From Planctomycetales bacterium (lineage in GTDB: Bacteria; 4484-113; JAFGCY01): a DNA stretch of 32,000 bases. The translations under genes were made by a program, and so were the position numbers. Every line of letters starts with the position of its first letter. Position 1 is the first letter of the stretch. Positions 16,636 to 23,571 of the stretch are shown here, one piece after another. Under the pieces are notes generated by a model, which had not been told where the DNA came from, made no database searches, and worked only from the letters and a program-made list of their open reading frames with translations. The stretch is taken from positions 3,690,001 through 3,722,000 of the forward strand of contig CP060262.1 in the NCBI GenBank assembly GCA_022646745.1, in the 5' to 3' direction.

Positions 16636-17262
16636 TCAGGCCCCGGGCCTGAACAGGTAGTCCGGCGACGGCGCGTACTCAATGTATGCCGCCGTCGCCA
16701 GTGCTGCCTCCCGGCTGACACAGCGCTCCACCAGCCGCAGTGCAAGGTCAATCCCGGCGGTCACCCCGGCCCCGGTGACAATGCTGCCGTCGTCAACCAC
16801 CCTTCTGTCCGTGCGCACATTCGCTGCCGGGCATTCCCGCTGCAGCTGCTCGCAGAACATCCAGTGCGTAGTGCAGTCCCGCCCGTCCAGCAGGCCTGCA
16901 CTGCCAAGCAGCAACGCTCCCGTGCAGACTGAGACCATGGTGCATCCAGCAGCTGCCAATCCGGAGATATGGTCCAGCACCCGCTGATCCGTCTTGAGGC
17001 GGCGCGTCCCGATCCCTCCCGGGATGATGAACAGCTCCGGCACAGGTGCATCCGCCAGCAGGATGTCAGCGCTGAAGCGCACGTTGCCATTCGTGACAAG
17101 CTCGATCGCATCCGCTGACACCAGGCTCAGCCTGAAGGGAGACTGTTTGGCGGCGCGCTGGGACTCATCGGCACGACAGGCCGTCAGCACTTCATGCGGG
17201 CCGCAGAAGTCCAGCAGTTCCACCCCGTCGAATACGAGGATCTGGCAGTTGATTTCGCTCAT
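16636..17262 (-). CDS. DJ-1/PfpI (class I glutamine-amidotransferase-like) family protein
   Basis: ILVFDGVELLDFCGPHEVL is followed by the nucleophile elbow MVSVCTGALLLGSAGLL (Cys codon 16924-16926) and then TTHW. Start ATG 17262 lies 27 nt downstream of the preceding lipoprotein gene's stop. Stop TGA (tca 16636-16638) is 2 nt from the convergent GH38 stop. Confidence 0.88.
   Translation of the reverse strand: MSEINCQILVFDGVELLDFCGPHEVLTACRADESQRAAKQSPFRLSLVSADAIELVTNGNVRFSADILLADAPVPELFIIPGGIGTRRLKTDQRVLDHISGLAAAGCTMVSVCTGALLLGSAGLLDGRDCTTHWMFCEQLQRECPAANVRTDRRVVDDGSIVTGAGVTAGIDLALRLVERCVSREAALATAAYIEYAPSPDYLFRPGA
16637..16651. terminator. GC-rich hairpin CAGGCCC-c-GGGCCTG at the stop-to-stop junction of convergent GH38 and DJ-1 genes
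   Basis: The inverted repeat is read directly. It lies inside the last codons of the DJ-1 gene, 4 nt past the GH38 stop. No U-tract on either strand. Confidence 0.2.
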
Positions 17263-17289
17263 CCGGGGATTATCCCAGAGGATGCCAGC

Positions 17290-19119
17290 TTATGCCGGCG
17301 GCTCGAAGTCCTTCAGGAAGCCCTGCAGCAGGATGTCCGGGATGCCATCGTAGATCCGTATCTGCGGGTCGTCATCCATGCCGATGTGGTGCAGCTCAAG
17401 CCGGTAGGTGTTGTCCATCGCAGTCTGCAGGATGTAGTTGTAGCCATTGGACGGGCTCGTCGTGCGGTCACCGATGAAGGTGAATGTCGGACTGAGTGTC
17501 AGCGCCAGGTCCTCGCTGTTGCCGCGGATCGGGTTGCCATACAGCTTGATGTGGATCTCAGGCCGCACATATGCCGTGAAGCTGAAGTTCCCACTCTCGC
17601 TCGTGGTGCCCGGCTCATTGGCAAAGCTCTCCACCAGTGTGTACTCGTTCACATCCTCGATGCCCTGCGAGTTGAAGATACCGCCTGTGCGGATGTTGTC
17701 ATAGGATGCGAAGCAGTTCGCCGAGTAGAGCCCGTTGAGCTGTCCCTCACCGCGGATGCCGACATACAGGTCGTACACCAGTGTCATTGTGACCGGTACA
17801 TCATTCTGGTAGGCAGTGAAGTCGAAGCTGAAGCCGGACATCTTGTGTTCAAAGAAGTCCAGCTGCTCCGGCGTCGGCGGGAAAGGTCCATCCCAGCCCT
17901 CAGCCGACAACTCGACCAGCATCCCGAGGTCAAGCGGGCCACCCATGGCCAGGCCGCGCAGGTAGGTCACCCCACCGTACTGGTTGTAGTTGACAGCCAC
18001 GTCAGCGTTCGGCAGGAAGGTCACGCTGCCCTCCTGGATCTCGGCATACAGCCCGTTGAATTCCGTCAACACCTGCCCACTGAGGTTGATGGTGTACAGT
18101 TCGACCGGCACCTGGCTGATGTCATCCAGCGCCTCGCCGAGCCCGCCCTGCAGGAAAACGTCCGTCAGGATGCCCGGCTCGGTTGCCAGCATCAGCTGGC
18201 TGCCCTGCTCCTCCACCGCCACCACGCGCTGCAGGTAACCGCCCTGCTCCGCACCGACAACGACGTCGCCGGGTGCGATTGGGTTCTCCATCCCGACCGG
18301 CAGTTCCAGCACGAAGTCGTCGCCATCACGCGACACGAAGCTCGGGCCATCCGGCTGGCCGATGATGCGGGTCTCGTCGCTGATCAGGAAGTCCACCGCC
18401 AGGTTGCTGGGCGTGCCACGGTTGCCCTCGCCGTCCAGCGGCACCACGCGGTAGGCCTCATGCTGCACAGCCGGCAGGTAGTGGAACATGCGGATGCCGG
18501 ACAGCATCGGCTGGCCGGCGGTGAATTCAACCTCGTCGAGCTCGGTGAACGGGCCATCTGGACCAGGACCTCCTTCGATCAGGTAGCTGGCAACACGGTG
18601 GTTGAAGTTGACACCGATCGGGGTGATGTCGGAGATGTTGACCTCACCGTTGCGGTCGCCGTCGATGAAGCGCGAGACCGCTTTCCAGTCCGGCGTACTG
18701 CTGTCCTTGCCGAAGTGCACACCGATCGGCGTGATGTCGGAGATGGCAACCAGTCCGTTGAGGTCGTAGTCGCCGACATTGCGGTAGTTCCACTGGATGC
18801 TCTGCTCACCGTTGTCACTGATGCCGCTCGTGAGGTCGTCAATCACATTCGCCTCGCCGATCGGCGGGGTTGAGGTAAAACGCTCCGCCGGAGCTTCCAG
18901 CAGCATGCTGCGCAGGCTTTCCTTCAGCTGGGCGAAAGTCTCGGCATCCGCGCCGGCAGGCACTGGCAGTGCATCCAGCTCAGCCAGCGCTGCATTGAGG
19001 CTCTGGGATCCATCACCGGCGGGCACCACAGCAGCCAGCTCGGAATTGCCGGACTGGCCCCCGCAGGAGCCTAGCAGCAGGATTGACAAAATGATCAGCC
19101 AGGGAACCAGGCAACGCAT
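17290..19119 (-). CDS. Lipoprotein with dockerin-type double Ca-loop module, FN3/Ig-like segment and an unassigned ~400-aa beta-rich C-terminal domain
   Basis: ATG 19119 lies 5 nt after GGTGGAGG. The GTG at 19134 in the ORF track falls inside that SD. Signal peptide plus lipobox: MRCLVPWLIILSILLLGS/C. The two EF-hand-like loops are DYDLNGLVAISD-ITPIGV and DGDRNGEVNISD-ITPIGV. It is a paralog of the upstream gene over this block. No catalytic motif recognised. Confidence 0.85.
   Translation of the reverse strand: MRCLVPWLIILSILLLGSCGGQSGNSELAAVVPAGDGSQSLNAALAELDALPVPAGADAETFAQLKESLRSMLLEAPAERFTSTPPIGEANVIDDLTSGISDNGEQSIQWNYRNVGDYDLNGLVAISDITPIGVHFGKDSSTPDWKAVSRFIDGDRNGEVNISDITPIGVNFNHRVASYLIEGGPGPDGPFTELDEVEFTAGQPMLSGIRMFHYLPAVQHEAYRVVPLDGEGNRGTPSNLAVDFLISDETRIIGQPDGPSFVSRDGDDFVLELPVGMENPIAPGDVVVGAEQGGYLQRVVAVEEQGSQLMLATEPGILTDVFLQGGLGEALDDISQVPVELYTINLSGQVLTEFNGLYAEIQEGSVTFLPNADVAVNYNQYGGVTYLRGLAMGGPLDLGMLVELSAEGWDGPFPPTPEQLDFFEHKMSGFSFDFTAYQNDVPVTMTLVYDLYVGIRGEGQLNGLYSANCFASYDNIRTGGIFNSQGIEDVNEYTLVESFANEPGTTSESGNFSFTAYVRPEIHIKLYGNPIRGNSEDLALTLSPTFTFIGDRTTSPSNGYNYILQTAMDNTYRLELHHIGMDDDPQIRIYDGIPDILLQGFLKDFEPPA
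18598..18780 (-). other. Dockerin-type module (two EF-hand-like Ca loops plus helices) within CDS 17290-19119
   Basis: GDYDLNGLVAISDITPIGVHFGK ... DGDRNGEVNISDITPIGVNFNH. Both loops fit D-x-D-x-N-G-x-V-x-I-x-D, which has the same spacing as type-I dockerin repeats. Confidence 0.7.
18611..18745 (-). repeat. Near-identical 27-nt direct repeat (26/27) 108 nt apart, encoding ISDITPIGV in both dockerin segments
   Basis: 18611-18637 is acaccgatcggGgtgatgtcggagatg. 18719-18745 is acaccgatcggCgtgatgtcggagatg. Confidence 0.9.
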
Positions 19120-19160
19120 ATCAGCCTCCACCAACCAATCTCAGATTACATCCAGTCACG

Positions 19161-21392
19161 TCAGGGACGCCAGTAGGCAAGCTCGCCCGCTGCGTTGAAC
19201 TCCCCGCTCAGCAGGTCAGACACGCTGATGCTGCTGGTGCGCAGGAAGGCACAGCTCGGATTGCCACCACCGGCACTGCTCCAGCTGTGGCCACGCCCGG
19301 AACTGCCGGAGTAGTAGCCGCTGTTCGTATAGAAGTTCGTGGCCCCGCGCTTCATGTACTGCGAGTCCGTGTCGAGCGAGCCGTCCTCCGGCTGCTGCGT
19401 GCTGATGTTGACATCGACGCTGCCACCGACCTGGTTGTACAGCAGCTCGTCCGGTTTCGCCCACATAACCTCTGATGCCAGGTTGAGCGTCAACACGAGC
19501 TTGCTAGGCGGGAAGCCACCACCGAGGGATACTCCGAAGGTGCTTTCATAGGCCCGCTGGCTGACCCAGCTCGTGCCGTTGTACTCCAGCGAATCGACAT
19601 CCACCAGCAGTGACAGGGTAACCGGGTCAAGCGTCGGGATGCTGATTGTGTAGTCACGCGCCGATGTGATTGCCAGCTGCGGGGTGTTGTCAGCGCGGAA
19701 GCCGAGGTCAACCACCAGCGGGTTGTCAGGATCAGGCAGCTCACTGACGTTCCAGCTGCCGCTGCTGAGCCGGCCCTGCTCCATCACGAAGTCCAGCAGC
19801 AGCGTGCTGGAAGTGTCAATCGTGCCATGCGTGAAGATCAGCCAGGGGTCGGCACCACCGGGATCAAAGCGGAAACTCAGCCCACCTACCGTGTCGGATC
19901 CACCGTAAACCGGGATCGTGTTCCAGCTGCCTTCCGCATCGCGGGAGGAGTACTGCACGCTGGCACCGGCGCCGGCGTAGGCATGAGCCACGCCAAGGTT
20001 GCCAGCATCGTCCATGTCCACGGATACCATCGTCGGGGCGCCGTTGCCCGTGCCGACATCCTGTGAGGAGAGGAGGCTCCAGTCCGCCAGTGCGTAGCGG
20101 CGTTCCACCACCTTCAGGCCCTCGATGCTGTAGGCAATCACCAGCATTTCCGGCGGGTTGCCACCTTCAGCGGGCAGCAGCAGCAGGTGCGGGTTGGCAT
20201 AATTGCCACCATCGCCGATGTCCTGTGTGGTCCAGCCGGCCTCCCCGAAGTAGCTCATGAGGAGCGGTGAACCGGCTCCACCGAGGGTGGTGTAGACCAC
20301 CACAGGTGCCCCTGACTGGCTCAGGGCAGGCACCGCGGGCAATGCCACGAGCGCGGGAGCCGCCACCAGTTCAGTGCTGATCACCTGCTCGCCTGAGGCC
20401 GGCACGCGGTACTTGACCAGCGCCAGCGCGGCATACTCCACCGCATTACTCGGGTTGCCCTCTTCTCCACTGGCGCTGTCAAATGGCCGGACATAGAGGA
20501 AGCGGCCGGGCACCAGTGCCGCCAGTGAAATGTCCAAGCTGAATACACGGCGGGTGTTGGGTTCCATCGTGCTGTCGGCGAACTGGACTTCCTGCAAAAG
20601 CTCGCTTGCGGCCGTCTCAGGGTCCGGACCGTCCGCCAAATAGACGCGGTAGCCACTTACCGTATTGAGGAAGTTGATCCCCAGCGGCGTGATGTCCGCC
20701 AGGTTGACTTCAGTATTGCCATCTCCATCCAGCACCGAATCGAATTCATCCATCTCGCCATCAGTGGTGCTCTGGCCCAGGCGCAGGGCCAGCGGGGTCA
20801 AGTCGGCGATGTTCGCTTCGCTGTTCTGGTCATAGTCAGCGCGGTTGGCGTAGCTCCAGTTGAGCTTCAGGCTGTCAACACCACTTTCATCTGAAACCAG
20901 GTCAGCCACGAGGCCGCTGTCGCCTTTTGGCACCGCACTCGCAGAGCGCGCCTCAAGACCGGACGGCACAAGCGTCGCACTGAGCAGCTCGCCCTGGGGC
21001 ACGCTATCACCTTCAGGCATGACCATGCCAAGCGCCAGCACTCCAGGCTTGTCACTCACCAGCAGGTTGATGAATCCGCTGTCGGCCAGCTGGCTGGCCC
21101 GTCCGACCTGCCAGGCTGGATCGAAATGCAGCTCCACAAGCAGGCTTTCTCCGTCCAGGCGCTGTGGATTGGTCAGGCTCAGGGACCATTGCTCTCCCTC
21201 CTGCCACAGTTCCAACCGAAGGTCACTGGCGGCCAGGCCACTGGAACCGGCCACCCGCAGCTCAATCTCAGGCTGCTGGGACTGCAGGTCCAGGTTGGTG
21301 CCGCCTGAGCAGGAAGCCAGCAGGGCCAGTGCTGCCAGGGGGAGGAATCTTGCAAGGCGTGTGGTGACGCCGGTGAATTTCGTGTTAAGCAT
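19161..21392 (-). CDS. Lipoprotein with cohesin-like module, dockerin-type double Ca-loop module, FN3/Ig-like segment and propeller-like C-terminal repeats
   Basis: Start set at ATG 21392 (MLNTKFTGVTTRLARFLPLAALALLAS/CSGG, a classical lipobox). The ORF-track start at 21620 adds 76 non-signal residues. The dockerin loops are DYDQNSEANIAD-LTPLAL and DGDGNTEVNLAD-ITPLGI. No clear SD upstream, so the start is moderately uncertain. Stop is TGA (tca 19161-19163). Confidence 0.82.
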   Translation of the reverse strand: MLNTKFTGVTTRLARFLPLAALALLASCSGGTNLDLQSQQPEIELRVAGSSGLAASDLRLELWQEGEQWSLSLTNPQRLDGESLLVELHFDPAWQVGRASQLADSGFINLLVSDKPGVLALGMVMPEGDSVPQGELLSATLVPSGLEARSASAVPKGDSGLVADLVSDESGVDSLKLNWSYANRADYDQNSEANIADLTPLALRLGQSTTDGEMDEFDSVLDGDGNTEVNLADITPLGINFLNTVSGYRVYLADGPDPETAASELLQEVQFADSTMEPNTRRVFSLDISLAALVPGRFLYVRPFDSASGEEGNPSNAVEYAALALVKYRVPASGEQVISTELVAAPALVALPAVPALSQSGAPVVVYTTLGGAGSPLLMSYFGEAGWTTQDIGDGGNYANPHLLLLPAEGGNPPEMLVIAYSIEGLKVVERRYALADWSLLSSQDVGTGNGAPTMVSVDMDDAGNLGVAHAYAGAGASVQYSSRDAEGSWNTIPVYGGSDTVGGLSFRFDPGGADPWLIFTHGTIDTSSTLLLDFVMEQGRLSSGSWNVSELPDPDNPLVVDLGFRADNTPQLAITSARDYTISIPTLDPVTLSLLVDVDSLEYNGTSWVSQRAYESTFGVSLGGGFPPSKLVLTLNLASEVMWAKPDELLYNQVGGSVDVNISTQQPEDGSLDTDSQYMKRGATNFYTNSGYYSGSSGRGHSWSSAGGGNPSCAFLRTSSISVSDLLSGEFNAAGELAYWRP
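20664..20840 (-). other. Dockerin-type module within CDS 19161-21392
   Basis: ADYDQNSEANIADLTPLALRLGQ ... DGDGNTEVNLADITPLGINFLN. Same 12-residue acidic loop spacing as in the paralog. Confidence 0.65.
20964..21272 (-). other. Cohesin-like beta-sandwich module (tentative) within CDS 19161-21392
   Basis: Residues about 41-143: IELRVAGSSG...LLVELHFDPAWQVGRASQLADSGFINLLVSDKPGVLALGMVMPEGDSVPQGELLSATLVP. The pattern of alternating hydrophobics and the (L)x(F)DP...G.(L)x(L)...G.L..(L) landmarks resemble cohesin modules. Judged by eye only. Confidence 0.35.
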
Positions 21393-21417
21393 TGGTGCAG
21401 TAAATGTTATCGCAGAC

Positions 21418-21446
21418 TGGTCAGATTGCACGAAACACGGGATAAT
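21418..21446 (+). promoter_or_regulatory. Candidate sigma70-type promoter for the small orphan gene (-35 TGGTCA, 17-nt spacer, -10 GATAAT)
   Basis: TGGTCA is at 21418-21423 and GATAAT at 21441-21446, about 37 nt upstream of ATG 21483. Confidence 0.25.
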
Positions 21447-21482
21447 GGCCGGACTTACAGGTAAGTGCAGACGGAGACTGAC

Positions 21483-21827
21483 ATGCAGGAAAAGACATTC
21501 CGGCTGGTTGTGGATCTTAACGATCTGAGCCGGCTGAATGCCAAGATCGACCTTGAAGAGATCGGTGACGGCGAACTTGACTTCGAACTCAGCGCAAGGC
21601 TGGTGAACCCGCACGGCCATATCCTGACCGGCGTGCTCGACGTGGAAAGCCCGTTGCCCGGCTCAGAGAACAAGGCCACCCGCTTCGAGATCCAGCCGGG
21701 TGAATGGCAGTTCATGGGTTACTGGAAGCTCTCCAGTGCGCGTGATGAGCTGATCATCAACGCCGACCTCGAGCCGCGCATGCCAAATGGCGTCGTGACC
21801 TTCGAGTTCCACGCCAAGCCCCACTAA
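21483..21827 (+). CDS. Hypothetical small cytoplasmic protein (114 aa), no recognisable family
   Basis: ATG 21483 lies 6 nt after GGAG (ACGGAGACTGAC-ATG). Balanced, non-repetitive amino-acid composition (MQEKTFRLVVDLNDLSRLNAKIDLEEIGDGELDFELSARL...), unlike the antisense GC artefacts. No signal peptide. Divergent from the lipoprotein operon. Confidence 0.6.
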   Translation: MQEKTFRLVVDLNDLSRLNAKIDLEEIGDGELDFELSARLVNPHGHILTGVLDVESPLPGSENKATRFEIQPGEWQFMGYWKLSSARDELIINADLEPRMPNGVVTFEFHAKPH

Positions 21828-21829
21828 GC

Positions 21830-23530
21830 TCAGCCGCGGCCCTGCGGATACAGTTCCAGGAAGCGTCCCTCGTCCTCAATGGTCGCCAGCAGGATCACTT
21901 CGCTGTCGGCCGGGATCGGGCGCTTCGGTTCCGGGTTCACATACATCCTGCCATCCTCGACTGTGGCCAGCATGATGCAGCCCGTGCGCGCCCTGAGGTC
22001 CAGCTCCGCCAGTGTGTGGCCTGCCAGCCGCAGTGGCGCTGGCATGCGGATGATGTCCAGCCCCTCGGCCAGCATTTCGATATTGCTGCGCTTCAGCAGG
22101 TTGAACACGGAATTGGCACCAAGTGAACTGTGGCTCAGCACAAAGTCCGCCCCGGCTCGCTGCAGTGTCGAGAGGTTGTGCTCATGCATGCTGCGGCTGA
22201 TTATCACGAGGTCCGAGCGGTAGTTGCGCAGGTACAGCGTCAGGTAAACGTTGATGTCATCATCATGCGTGGTCAGGATCACGCTTGAGGCATTGTCTAG
22301 GCCGGCTTCTTCCAGCACTGCATGTTCCAGTGCGTCTCCGACCACCAGCTTCCCGTTGGCGGATGAGCTGCGGATCGAACGCTCCACGATGCGGTAGTCC
22401 AGCCCCATCGCCTCCAGCGCATTCGCGGTGGACTGCCCGACACGGCCACCACCGATGATCACCACCGGACGGTCCTCGGGCTGCTGTATCGGATAGAGCT
22501 GGTTGAACCGCTCGAGCTGTTCAGCATTGCCGGCCAGCACCACCAGCCTGCCGCCAAGGAACTGCATGTCCGGGGTGGCCGTATTGAACTGGCCACGGTG
22601 CCATGTCCCAAGCACGCTCACACCGGTCTGGGCGCGCAGGCCGGATTCCCGCAGGCTCTGCCCCTCCAGCTCGGTACCGTCAAACTTGGCCTCAGCGATC
22701 AGCAGCCTGTCCACACTGGCGATCACACGCGCACGCTTGTCACCGACGTATGCCCTGCGCGCCAGTGCCTGCCCGAGCTGGTCAATCGGCTGCAGAACAT
22801 GCGTAGCGCCGGCCAGCCTGAGGATGTCAGCCGAAGCACTGCCCTGCGCCACGGATATCAACGGCAGGGAGGGTGCAATGCTGCGGATGCTCATCAGCAC
22901 GCTGGCATTCATCGAATCCGACATCCCCGTTACGGCGACAAGCGAGGCGATCCCGATGCGGGCCTGCTCATAGGTCGCAGCATCATCCAGTTCGCCGACC
23001 ATCACGTTCAGGTTGCGGTCGGCCAGCGGCAGCGCAGCCTCGTAGTTCGGGGCCAGCAGCACATAGCTGTAGTTGTAGCGTTCCAGCTTGCGCGCCAGCG
23101 CCAGTGACAACGGGTCAGAGCCCGTGATGATCACATGCCCGTGAACGTTGCGGGCCAGCTTCTTCGGGGCCAGGCTCTCATTCTGGGCCTCCACCCAGGA
23201 GGCGTAGATCGTCTCGATGAAGGTGAACGGCAGCGCCACGAAGATGAACAGGATGCCCACCAGCAGGACCACTACAGTGAATATCCGGCCGATCGGCGAC
23301 TCGAACACAATGTCCCCGAAGCCAAGGGTGGTCATTGTCGTCAGCACCCAATAGAAGGCATCGATGACACCATACTCATGGCCTTCCTGGTCCATCAGCA
23401 GGATGAACAGCACGGCGAAGATCAACACGATGCCGCTCATCACCGCCAGCAGCTGCAGCAGCAGGCGCGCATCAAGCCTTGCGCGCTTGCGGCGCTGGAA
23501 CGCAGCCAAGATCGACGGAATGATGTTCAA
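21830..23530 (-). CDS. Two-TM potassium channel with tandem cytoplasmic RCK (TrkA-N/TrkA-C) domains
   Basis: Selectivity filter TTLGFGD (23312-23332) lies between two hydrophobic helices. The second RCK has an intact Rossmann motif VIIGGGRVGQS. The first is degenerate (VIITGSDPLSLA). The only possible start is TTG 23530, because an in-frame stop lies 4 codons upstream. Confidence 0.88.
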   Translation of the reverse strand: MNIIPSILAAFQRRKRARLDARLLLQLLAVMSGIVLIFAVLFILLMDQEGHEYGVIDAFYWVLTTMTTLGFGDIVFESPIGRIFTVVVLLVGILFIFVALPFTFIETIYASWVEAQNESLAPKKLARNVHGHVIITGSDPLSLALARKLERYNYSYVLLAPNYEAALPLADRNLNVMVGELDDAATYEQARIGIASLVAVTGMSDSMNASVLMSIRSIAPSLPLISVAQGSASADILRLAGATHVLQPIDQLGQALARRAYVGDKRARVIASVDRLLIAEAKFDGTELEGQSLRESGLRAQTGVSVLGTWHRGQFNTATPDMQFLGGRLVVLAGNAEQLERFNQLYPIQQPEDRPVVIIGGGRVGQSTANALEAMGLDYRIVERSIRSSSANGKLVVGDALEHAVLEEAGLDNASSVILTTHDDDINVYLTLYLRNYRSDLVIISRSMHEHNLSTLQRAGADFVLSHSSLGANSVFNLLKRSNIEMLAEGLDIIRMPAPLRLAGHTLAELDLRARTGCIMLATVEDGRMYVNPEPKRPIPADSEVILLATIEDEGRFLELYPQGRG

Positions 23531-23571
23531 GCCCTTAGTTTATCGGACTGCGCAGCCAAGCTTTGAACGCT

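Noticed and set aside
17194-18873. 559-aa plus-strand ORF in the ORF track
   Set aside because: It is entirely antisense to the dockerin lipoprotein gene. Its composition is dominated by R/A/V/H/D/L runs, with no motif, signal or SD. This is a typical long antisense ORF of high-GC DNA.
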